DNA of 62,245 bases. Origin: an uncultured Gammaproteobacteria bacterium. Lineage in GTDB: Bacteria > Pseudomonadota > Gammaproteobacteria > CAYSGV01. The position numbers were made by a program, and so were the translations under genes. Where the stretch lies: positions 1 to 62,245 of the forward strand of contig CAYSGV010000001.1 in NCBI GenBank assembly GCA_964430685.1. Direction: 5' to 3'. A model generated the notes under the pieces. It was not told the origin of the DNA and ran no database searches. It saw only the letters and a program-made list of their open reading frames with translations. Each line of letters begins with the position of its first letter. The stretch's first letter is position 1. Positions 28,853 to 37,180 of the stretch are shown here, one piece after another.

Positions 28853-29821
28853 AAAAATGTTAAAATGAATAAAATGCAAAATATATAATGAATGCGGCTA
28901 TCTAATAAATAATCATTATCATATAAACATATAAAACTAATTTCAACTTTCAATAAAATTTTTACCATCGAAAATAGTTAGATTAATTACCGCCTTGATT
29001 TATTTATGCAGTTTAGCAGAATATCAATTATTCTTTAAATTTTGCATGTGTATCTTGTTAATAAACGTATGCATGAAATTAATAATGGCAGCACTAGAAA
29101 TCATATTCAGGATTCATAAAGTCTTGCAAATTTTTGGCTAACAGAAATTTTGCAGGTATAGCAATATAGAATAATATCCTTGATGCATATGCAATAACAG
29201 ATTTAAATGTTTACCTCACGCATATCGTATAGAAAACAGTGCAACTGGATTAAGTAGCTACCTCTACGTGTGATATTTTTATTCAATTATTAATATAACA
29301 TAATTGATACTCATCTGATCAATGTATCTTTCGATAATAATGATTTTTTATCTCTTATCGTCCTAAATTAGCCGTGAATAAGTTTATACAATACTTAAAG
29401 AATATTTCCCACTTAGGCATTTTTACTGGATAACGATTAATATATAGTTTGTGGATATCAATATTAGGCAATGTTGATCTTGTCGTTGGTTCAAAATATA
29501 TCAATGATCAGCTAGTACTATATTACATGGAAAAAAAGTGGACGATTGAGAGCAAGATAATATCCGATTTCAAATTAATTTTTTACGTCTTTATGCGAAT
29601 ATACTTAATCAAGGTGCAATGTGATAATTAGTTTTTATGCGTTCATACGTCCCACTATTATCGCTTAATTAATATTAATTATTTCCATCTAGGATGGCAG
29701 TCTTTTTATATATAATTTGAATTTATAATGTTAATAATTATTCTATATTCATATTTACTAAACATATCAATTTTCTGTTAGAATTTAACAAGCAATAGCT
29801 AGTTTTGGTGTTATTAATAAG

Positions 29822-29844
29822 AAATTCTCCCCGGGGGAGAATTT
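29822..29844. terminator. isolated GC-cored palindrome AAATTCTCCCC(G)GGGGAGAATTT with flanking A/T runs (bidirectional terminator-like)
   Basis: Read directly. It is the only GC-rich element in the AT-rich 28.55-30.1 kb spacer. Flanked by AAGAAA upstream and a TTTTT run downstream. Confidence 0.4.
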
Positions 29845-29925
29845 TTGTAATTACTTGATATTAAAGGATAATATACATATAATTCTAATTTTGGTGATAG
29901 CATGTGTAATGCTTTATTATTAAAC

Positions 29926-29940
29926 ATGTAGATTTATGGG
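29926..29940. repeat. solitary extra iteron copy ATGTAGATTTATGGG
   Basis: Exact match to the iteron family at 28733-28852, about 1.1 kb away in the same orientation. Confidence 0.7.
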
Positions 29941-30045
29941 AGCCTATTAGATTCAGTTTTCGCACCTAAAAACAACCTTCGTATTTCATTATATTAAGTA
30001 TCTAATATTTAAATTTCTTGCATAAGTAAAAACATTCACCTATCA

Positions 30046-30092
30046 TAGATTGCATGTTTTAACTAAAAAAGCATGTTAAAACATGCAATCTA
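30046..30092. promoter_or_regulatory. perfect 18-bp inverted repeat (TAGATTGCATGTTTTAAC / GTTAAAACATGCAATCTA, 11-nt spacer), candidate par operator
   Basis: Arms are 30046-30063 and 30075-30092, ending 24 nt upstream of the parA-like ATG at 30117. Confidence 0.6.
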
Positions 30093-30116
30093 CCTTGGGC
30101 GTAAGGATTAAGTATA

Positions 30117-31145
30117 ATGGCGAAGCAAAGATGGACTAGCGTAGATATCCGCAAATTATTTCGTATAGACAGTAAAATCAGAAGCATACGAACCATACAT
30201 AATGCAGAAGAACGTGGTGATATCCCTAAAGCAAAACGTACATTGCGCGGGAAAGTTCCTGTTCGAGAATGGCAAATTGAAGATCTACCCATTATTGGCA
30301 AGCATTTTGGTTTTATAAAGAAACCGACTTATCAAAATATTTTTTGCGTATATACCGCTAAAGGTGGTGTTTTAAAAACAACTTTGGCGTATACACTTGC
30401 CCGAATATTTGCTCTTAATGGGATACGTACACTCATTGTGGGTTTAGATATACAATGTTCCATTACAGATATTACATTGCCACCAAAAGACCTACAATCA
30501 CTCGAAGATTCACAAGCTGAGCAATATGCAGGGCTTTATCATTTTCTTTATGACCAAAAAGATTTGAATCAAGTTATTCAAAAGACCAGTTTACCTACGC
30601 TCGATATTATCCCAGAAACTCCCGACTTAAATCTACTTGAAAAAAAATTGCGATTAGAGCCGAGACGAGAATATCTTTTATTAGATAAATTGATTCCACA
30701 CTTATCTGACTACGATGTTATTATTTTCGATAATGGTCCCAGTTGGAACCAACTAATTGAAAGTGCGCTTACAGCGGCAAATATTGTGCTCTCACCCATA
30801 GGCTGTGATATTGGTACCTATCAAGCATTACAAACAAATCTAGCCACACTTATTGATTTTCAACAAGCGATGCAATTGGATTGGAAGCATTTCTTTTTAA
30901 TTCCCACCTTGCTTGAGAAAACGAAGTTGAGCCGACAAATTTATGGAAGATATTTGTCTCAATATGCAGAACAAATCATTTCAAATCCTATTCGACGTGG
31001 TGCAAAAGGGCAGGAAGCATTTTTACTTTATCAAAGCATTATCGAGCATGATCCAACTGCACCATTAGCAAATGATTACTATGAACTCATTACTGAGCTA
31101 TGGGAACGAGTAACACAGGAAGAAGGAATAAGCTGTGGCGCTTAA
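30117..31145 (+). CDS. parA: type Ia-like ParA/RepA partition ATPase with N-terminal HTH extension
   Basis: About 75-aa N-terminal extension (WTSVDIRKLF...RGKVPVREWQIEDLPII, MerR-like as in repABC RepA / P1 ParA), then Walker A VYTAKGGVLKTTLAYTLA and VIIFDNGPS. Confidence 0.8.
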   Translation: MAKQRWTSVDIRKLFRIDSKIRSIRTIHNAEERGDIPKAKRTLRGKVPVREWQIEDLPIIGKHFGFIKKPTYQNIFCVYTAKGGVLKTTLAYTLARIFALNGIRTLIVGLDIQCSITDITLPPKDLQSLEDSQAEQYAGLYHFLYDQKDLNQVIQKTSLPTLDIIPETPDLNLLEKKLRLEPRREYLLLDKLIPHLSDYDVIIFDNGPSWNQLIESALTAANIVLSPIGCDIGTYQALQTNLATLIDFQQAMQLDWKHFFLIPTLLEKTKLSRQIYGRYLSQYAEQIISNPIRRGAKGQEAFLLYQSIIEHDPTAPLANDYYELITELWERVTQEEGISCGA

Positions 31146-32418
31146 TGACAAAGTTATGGAAGACTATTTTAGTCGGAGTAAAAAAAATCTGGCTGCTCTC
31201 AGATTACCTATAGCTAATACTTCCCACATAAGGGTATTTGATGAGCCAGCTGAAGCAATAAATACTAGCCAAAACCTAAGACAAATACAGGACAAAATCT
31301 CGGACAATGTTAATACAAATATAGAACGAATATCTGACAAACCTAGGACAAACTTAGAACCAGTTTTAGAAAAACCTAAGACCAAACTTAGGACTATACA
31401 TAGGACAAATGTAAGACAAATCTCGGACAAAATAGTTAGTCTAACTTCCTTTTCTTCACTTGTTGGTTTGCAGCGAAAAATTACTCTATACATTTATGAG
31501 ATTTGTAAATTTTCACGCGATAAAATAACGCCACCAATATTAATTCAAGACATAGCCGATAATTGTGATACCACAAAATTATCAGCACAAAAAACGATTC
31601 AACGCCTTGAGAAGAAGAAAATTATTATCCGTGTGGAATACAAAATAGGGCGTTCAGGATGGACGCGGTATGAACTTTCAGAAACGATTTATCAGGATAT
31701 AATGCTATTTGAGACAAGAAACCAAATAATGAGTAATGTAGGACAAACCTCAGACAAAGTTAGGACGGAATCTAGGTCAGAATCTAGGACAAACGTTGTT
31801 AGTAGTAGTAGTATTAATAATATATATAAAACTACTACTACAGATCCTAAGGTCCATCTAGATTTAGAACAGCATGAAAATTCATTTTCGGATGAATGGC
31901 AATCGGTGAATTTTGAGCCGTTGCTAGAAATCGGATTTTCGATTAGCCACCTGAGACAAATTGTCAGTTTAAAAAAATTTACCCCTGAAGAGATTGCGTT
32001 ATCGATTGACGCCTTTGCTTTCGATTTGAAGGAAAACAATCGACAAGAAACATTGAAAAAAGATCCGTTGAATTATTTCATGGGTGTTTTACGTAACGGG
32101 GTACCTTATGCGCCACCGAGTAACTATGAACCCGCACAAATTCGAGCTTTGAGAGCGTATACGGAACGCCAAAGAGAAGTGCAACAAAGATGTGAGGCTG
32201 TTGAAAATGAAAGTATACAGCTTGCCTTTAATGATTGGGTTAATGGGCTGACAGCAGACGAAAAAGAACAGCTCATTCCAGAGCATATGCGCAAGATAAA
32301 ATCTGAGACACTCAAAAATGCAGCGCTTCGTAGCTATTTTGAGACCCATATATGGCTAACTCAGCGCCAGCAATTAATTGAAACATTTTCTCAAAGGGAA
32401 GAGGAGGGGAGGGGATAG
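31135..32418 (+). CDS. winged-helix DNA-binding protein, candidate centromere-binding or replication-initiator protein
   Basis: GTG start with AAGGA SD, overlapping the parA stop. wHTH-like segment ILIQDIADNCDTTKLSAQKTIQRLEKKKIIIRVEYKIGRSGWTRYELS. Low-complexity segments coincide with the DNA repeat arrays. Function not assignable from sequence alone. Confidence 0.5.
   Translation: MALNDKVMEDYFSRSKKNLAALRLPIANTSHIRVFDEPAEAINTSQNLRQIQDKISDNVNTNIERISDKPRTNLEPVLEKPKTKLRTIHRTNVRQISDKIVSLTSFSSLVGLQRKITLYIYEICKFSRDKITPPILIQDIADNCDTTKLSAQKTIQRLEKKKIIIRVEYKIGRSGWTRYELSETIYQDIMLFETRNQIMSNVGQTSDKVRTESRSESRTNVVSSSSINNIYKTTTTDPKVHLDLEQHENSFSDEWQSVNFEPLLEIGFSISHLRQIVSLKKFTPEEIALSIDAFAFDLKENNRQETLKKDPLNYFMGVLRNGVPYAPPSNYEPAQIRALRAYTERQREVQQRCEAVENESIQLAFNDWVNGLTADEKEQLIPEHMRKIKSETLKNAALRSYFETHIWLTQRQQLIETFSQREEEGRG
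31277..31431 (+). repeat. intragenic array of about 10 (T/C)(A/C/T)(A/G)GAC(A/C/T)A(A/T)-type motifs (core GGACAAA) at 11-12 bp phasing
   Basis: Motif starts at 31277, 31288, 31300, 31333, 31344, 31377, 31389, 31401, 31412 and 31423. Examples are TAGGACAAA x2, TAAGACAAA x2 and TCGGACAA(A/T) x2. Confidence 0.85.
31739..31793 (+). repeat. second intragenic array, five phased motifs (TAGGACAAA, TCAGACAAA, TAGGACGGA, TAGGTCAGA, TAGGACAAA)
   Basis: Motif starts at 31739, 31750, 31761, 31773 and 31785, giving spacing of 11, 11, 12, 12 bp. Confidence 0.85.
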
Positions 32419-32558
32419 GACAGAGTAAATGATATCATTGGATTAAATATCGTGTTTTCAAGAGAAGTGATGTATATCACAAAAGAGCGTACCGCATACA
32501 AGAGGTAAACAATTCGAGTATGCGGCACTAACCAAATTAACCTGTTTTGGAGGTCAAT

Positions 32559-32777
32559 ATGGCTCATTTAAATATAAATGATTATGAAATAAAATTAAAG
32601 ACTGTTATTCAATTACATAGTGAATTATGTGAACAACTCATGCAAGCAGAAGCCTTGCTTTATGTGGCCACAGTGCTAGATTTCGCGACTCTGCCAGCAC
32701 ACATCATTCAGGATTACTTATCCACCCTAAGCGATTTAATAACAGGCGCTAGAAGAAAGAGCGAATTGATTTTTTAA
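32559..32777 (+). CDS. hypothetical small protein
   Basis: ATG 32559 is preceded by GGAGG at 5 nt; the track start at 32547 is a TTG. 72 aa, helical. Confidence 0.45.
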   Translation: MAHLNINDYEIKLKTVIQLHSELCEQLMQAEALLYVATVLDFATLPAHIIQDYLSTLSDLITGARRKSELIF

Positions 32778-32873
32778 ACATAAGTTAAAAGTATTGAAGA
32801 GTTAAATTTATTCGACCACGTTTATCTGTTATGCTTAGATAAGCGTGGTTATAGAGAATAGAGACAAGTAATT

Positions 32874-34274
32874 ATGACCTTAGATGAGCTTAAATTAATC
32901 ATTGCGCAAAATGAATCAAAAATACTTGAATTTAAAGAATCAACGGCGAAATTAAAATCTGCTTGTGAAACGCTTTGTGCTTTTTTAAATAATCACGGTG
33001 GTGTTATTTTAATCGGTGTAAAAAATAACGGCCAAATAATAGGCCAACATGTTACAGACAATACAAGACAAGAGATTGCTAATGAAATTAGCAAAATAGA
33101 ACCAACAGCATCTGTTGAGGTTGATTATGTATCCATTGATGGCAATAAATTTGTTATAGTCATAAAAGCTGTTACTGGGCAACATGCGCCCTATGTTTAC
33201 GATGGTCGGCCTTTTCATCGGACTGAATCGACAACAAGTAAAATGTCTCAACATCGTTATGAGCAATTATTAGTTGAACGTGGACAACTAAAACATTCTT
33301 GGGAAGAATGGATAGCCTCTGGATATACGATTGATGATCTTGATCATAATGAAATTCGCCTTGCAGTTAAACAAGGTATTTCAGTGGGACGTGTTCCTGC
33401 TGTGGTAGCGGATGAATCTCTTGAAAATATTTTACAAGGTTGGGCGCTGCTTACAGAGGGCAAAATTAATAATGCTGCCGCAATCTTATTTGCTAAGAAG
33501 GTGCTGCCCCGTTATACACAATGTCATATAAAACTTGGTCGATATAGGGGTACAAATAGGCTAGGGGATTTTATTGATAACAAAGAATTCTTTGGCAATG
33601 CATTTCGTATGTTTGAAGAAGCAAATAGTTTTATAACACGGCATCTTCCAATCGCTAGTTTTTTTGAACCTGAACGTTTTGAACGTCTTGACCGACCCGC
33701 ATTACCTGTATTGGCAGTACGTGAAGCATTAGTCAATGCAATTTGTCATCGTGATTATTCTAACCGTGCTACGGCCATAACAGTGGCAATATTTGATGAT
33801 CGGATGGAAATTTGGAACAATGGAAAATTGCCACCATCCCTAAAAATTGATAATTTAAAGAAAAAGCATAAATCAGAGCCGCGTAATAAAGTTATTGCTA
33901 AAGTATTTTATGATCGCAAATACTTCGACGGTTGGGGTACAGGAATCAATAAGATATATGATCTCTGTCATGAAGAGGGAGTACCAGAACCGGTTTATGA
34001 AGAGTATTCTGGAGGGGTTGAAATCATATTTAAGTTTCGAGAGCTGATAGCTATTACTAGTTTACCACTCAAACAACCATTAAGCATAAGACAAGAAGAA
34101 ATATTGAAAATTATCAAAAAATTAGGCGGGGTAAGTCCTAAACTGTTGATAGACAAATTAGACAATCCACCGTCAGAACGAATGATTCGTAATGATTTAA
34201 ATTACCTTAAAAAATGTGGTTTAATTGATATCAAAGGTTCAGCACGAAGTACCTTATGGGTGCTAAAGAAATAA
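32874..34274 (+). CDS. AlbA_2 (Schlafen-like) + HATPase_c_4 + wHTH protein, paralogue of 22690-24147
   Basis: ESKILEFKESTAKLKSACETLCAFLNNHGGVILIGVKNNGQIIG. VREALVNAICHRDY...VAIFDDRMEIWNNG...RNKVIAKVF...GWGTGINKI. Confidence 0.85.
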   Translation: MTLDELKLIIAQNESKILEFKESTAKLKSACETLCAFLNNHGGVILIGVKNNGQIIGQHVTDNTRQEIANEISKIEPTASVEVDYVSIDGNKFVIVIKAVTGQHAPYVYDGRPFHRTESTTSKMSQHRYEQLLVERGQLKHSWEEWIASGYTIDDLDHNEIRLAVKQGISVGRVPAVVADESLENILQGWALLTEGKINNAAAILFAKKVLPRYTQCHIKLGRYRGTNRLGDFIDNKEFFGNAFRMFEEANSFITRHLPIASFFEPERFERLDRPALPVLAVREALVNAICHRDYSNRATAITVAIFDDRMEIWNNGKLPPSLKIDNLKKKHKSEPRNKVIAKVFYDRKYFDGWGTGINKIYDLCHEEGVPEPVYEEYSGGVEIIFKFRELIAITSLPLKQPLSIRQEEILKIIKKLGGVSPKLLIDKLDNPPSERMIRNDLNYLKKCGLIDIKGSARSTLWVLKK

Positions 34275-34280
34275 AAATAA

Positions 34281-34309
34281 TCGGGAAATATCCGGAAGTA
34301 TCTGGAAAT
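34281..34309 (+). repeat. left copy of a 29-bp direct repeat built from 10-bp RTATCYGGAA units
   Basis: CGGGAAATATCCGGAAGTATCTGGAAATT matches 36031-36059 at 27 of 29 positions. Confidence 0.85.
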
Positions 34310-34363
34310 TTTTAGTGTATGAGTTGAAAATATTTAGCTTTTTTGGCAAAAGGAGAATGGCAT

Positions 34364-35983
34364 ATGGATAAAAGTTTAGAATCGAGAGATGACAAGAAAC
34401 CTTTTAAATTAACCTTAACAGATGCTTCAAAGCGTAGGTTTTCGATTTATTTTTTTCTAAACAGAGAATCGTTGATAAGAAATTTCTTTGAGTATGCCTC
34501 TCGTACATTAGTAAAAGCCGAACATACCTTTTCCCATAAGGAACCGGATGGAGATGATGATGATGCATTATTTAGAAGTGAGGACCACTCAAATATTACA
34601 GAAATGAGTGTTAAAGAATTTGTTAGAAAATATTGTGCAGATTTTGAACAAAATGTTAAAGATGAAGGAAAGCTACCGGATTTTAAAAAAGTACTTTTCC
34701 GCATAGGAGATACTGAGGTATCAGTCGTCGTAAATTCAATTCCTTATCACCACATGAATGGCGAGATCGATATCTTTTACCCTGAAACGAAATCTGTAAG
34801 CTATGAAACAATTTATGCTTTTTTGCAAGCGTTTTTATTTTATGGATTTCCACCTGTGTGTGATGAACTATATAAAGAAAGAGAAAAGGCTTTAGCCAAT
34901 TACTTTCTGGAATTCATGTGTAGAGCTAGGGAATTTAGTGATAAAGATTTAGAAAGCATTAATCCTAGATTCAGTGCCGGTAAGAATGCCGTAGAGATAA
35001 GGGTTTTTTGCCAGCAAATGACGAGAATAGCCTTTCTATATTGTTTTTATGAAGTAATTAGAAGAAAAGTTCGTGGAATAGATGAAGAAGGTGATTTTGT
35101 ACCTGAATATCCATTCTTAATGGGGAATCTTTGTTGCTTAAAGCTAGTTAGTTTGGGACTAGCTAATTTTGAACAAATTATAAGAAAACCAACGACCACA
35201 GATGCTAAAACAAATAATCTGGCATTATCTATTTGCGATAATGTTAATTCTTTATTTTATGCAAAAAAATATGATAAAAATGAGTCTATGGAAAGGTTGC
35301 TTCGGCCACTAGGAATGCTGTTTGACAGTTTAATATTACCACAGCTTGAAAGATGCGAGGATTTTTCTCAATTGAAAAAACAACTATTAAGTAAGTATCC
35401 GAAGGGTTGTTTTTTTCCTTCTCAATTATTAGCTAGACATATTTTCTTATCGGTATCATCAGAATTTTCAGTTACGGCTGAAGAAAGTTACGATTTCCCA
35501 AATGAAATTGAATGTTGTGAAGAAGTTAAAATTGATTTGGGTAGTTTTACAGTTACCAAAAGTGATATTTTCGGATTAGTAGAAGACACCGTAGAAAAAT
35601 ATTATGAAGATGAAGCCGATATAAGTCCACCCATATCACCTAAACCGGCTAGATATCCTGATAAAATTGCATCGTTACCTGCTGCATTGCCGAGTAGCTC
35701 GGGTTCTTTTTCGCCATCTTCCCACAGTACAATTGTTAATAGTTTGGGAATGCCGGATGCACAATTGCATCGGGGTGTAGCTTTTCCAAGAGAAGCCGCA
35801 TCATCTTTACCCGTGGAAAATGCTGTTGTTCCTCCAAATGAACTAGCGACGACCAAAGTTTTACTTGGTCTTCAAGGCAGTGCTCAGGAAAATAAAGGAT
35901 CCCAAATACCATCCCCTCAATTAACAAAAAGTACAGAAGAAAAAGCCGGGCAGGCACCTCTTCAAGGGCCAAAGGGTTACTAA
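34364..35983 (+). CDS. hypothetical effector-like protein with Pro/Ser-rich C-terminus
   Basis: ATG 34364 with AGGAGA SD at 7 nt; the track start at 34343 is a TTG. No recognisable motif. Confidence 0.55.
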   Translation: MDKSLESRDDKKPFKLTLTDASKRRFSIYFFLNRESLIRNFFEYASRTLVKAEHTFSHKEPDGDDDDALFRSEDHSNITEMSVKEFVRKYCADFEQNVKDEGKLPDFKKVLFRIGDTEVSVVVNSIPYHHMNGEIDIFYPETKSVSYETIYAFLQAFLFYGFPPVCDELYKEREKALANYFLEFMCRAREFSDKDLESINPRFSAGKNAVEIRVFCQQMTRIAFLYCFYEVIRRKVRGIDEEGDFVPEYPFLMGNLCCLKLVSLGLANFEQIIRKPTTTDAKTNNLALSICDNVNSLFYAKKYDKNESMERLLRPLGMLFDSLILPQLERCEDFSQLKKQLLSKYPKGCFFPSQLLARHIFLSVSSEFSVTAEESYDFPNEIECCEEVKIDLGSFTVTKSDIFGLVEDTVEKYYEDEADISPPISPKPARYPDKIASLPAALPSSSGSFSPSSHSTIVNSLGMPDAQLHRGVAFPREAASSLPVENAVVPPNELATTKVLLGLQGSAQENKGSQIPSPQLTKSTEEKAGQAPLQGPKGY

Positions 35984-36030
35984 AATAATTTAAAATGAGG
36001 ACCATTCTTCAGTTACCAGTTAAAAAGTAT

Positions 36031-36059
36031 CCGGAAATATCTGGAAGTATCTGGAAATT
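36031..36059 (+). repeat. right copy of the 29-bp direct repeat (three RTATCYGGAA units counting 36027-36030)
   Basis: CCGGAAATATCTGGAAGTATCTGGAAATT, preceded by GTAT. Confidence 0.85.
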
Positions 36060-36398
36060 GGATAATGTTGCAAGCGATAAAATGCATCATAGAGATGGCA
36101 AGGAATTTATAATGCATAATATTTCTTACTCAACGATATCTAGATTGAGCATAAGTCAAATTCCTATGCAGTACGTAGGGGATATAAAAACAAAGGATAT
36201 GATGAAAACTTGTTTTGAATGTTATAGCATATTTCTTACAATATAATCAGCATATTAGGGCTATTTTGATAAAAACTTAAAGTTTATGATGCCCATGGCA
36301 AGGTAAAGGAGGAATCGGCAATTTAATACCTTGTGAATTGCCGAACAGGGAGGCTCCATGAGCATTGTCGACAAAGAGAATAATTATAAGGCTTAGTT

Positions 36399-36428
36399 CG
36401 CTAAAGATTAATGGATTGATCTTTAGCG
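36399..36428. promoter_or_regulatory. palindrome CGCTAAAGAT-N10-ATCTTTAGCG
   Basis: 10-bp perfect arms, about 100 bp upstream of the 36529 gene. A related palindrome lies at 37181-37207. Confidence 0.5.
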
Positions 36429-36528
36429 GCTCCTGAGCGATTCTATACATCATCTGCAATGGCAAAGTAAAATATGCCCATGCGCTTGAAGCATTAATGA
36501 ATACCTATAACTATTATTTGGTAATGAC

Positions 36529-36981
36529 ATGAATAATCAACTTAATCTGGGACGACTTGAAAGCCTTTATGCTAATGGGTTTAATATCTCTACTTTATTT
36601 CTAATTATTAATGGCGCTGGATATATAACTGTATTACGGCAGGCGCAAATCTTTGTTAAGCAAACCACTCAGTCAACCTTGCTCGCATATTGTAGCGTAT
36701 CTTTTATGATAGGCATGCTGCTCGCTTTATTTTCATTATTAGCACTCGTTAAGATTAATGATAGTAATTATGAACACTTTATTTTGAATAAGAGCCACGA
36801 AGATAGCCATAGGATAGGACGAGTTAAGAACACAAGCAAAGAAGAAGGGCGGCTTGATATGCATCGGAAGAAAGTCATTCAGATGATGGCCAGATGGCGT
36901 TTAAATTATAGATTATCATTAGTGGGTGGAATGTTGGGTTTTCTATGTGGTTCAACCCTTATCTTTGGTCTTTATCTATAG
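36529..36981 (+). CDS. hypothetical membrane protein
   Basis: 150-aa ORF with 3 hydrophobic segments. Confidence 0.45.
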   Translation: MNNQLNLGRLESLYANGFNISTLFLIINGAGYITVLRQAQIFVKQTTQSTLLAYCSVSFMIGMLLALFSLLALVKINDSNYEHFILNKSHEDSHRIGRVKNTSKEEGRLDMHRKKVIQMMARWRLNYRLSLVGGMLGFLCGSTLIFGLYL

Positions 36982-37180
36982 GAACTAAGGGCAGAGGTTG
37001 GGCATTCAAGACACCTATGGCAAAAATCTCACAATAAAATCAGATAGTTAGCAATATGCAAGGCTAATATTACCACGTATTATACACATCGACAGGTTAA
37101 GACGATTGCGGATTTTTGTCTTGCGGGATTGAATAGGGAAGCTCACATACTTGTCTAAATGAGAACAACATAAGGGTTTT

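Noticed and set aside
29449-29631. 60-aa ORF in the AT-rich spacer
   Set aside because: It has no SD, lies in the putative origin region over the DnaA-box-like sites, and its composition simply reflects AT-rich DNA.
30059-30301. 80-aa minus-strand ORF over the parA start and the 18-bp inverted repeat
   Set aside because: It is antisense to a well-supported parA N-terminus and operator, and no signals support it.
35995-36465. ORFs 35995-36246 (+) and 36277-36465 (-)
   Set aside because: They cover the right direct repeat and a palindrome, have no SD, and their products are implausible. The region is treated as non-coding regulatory DNA.
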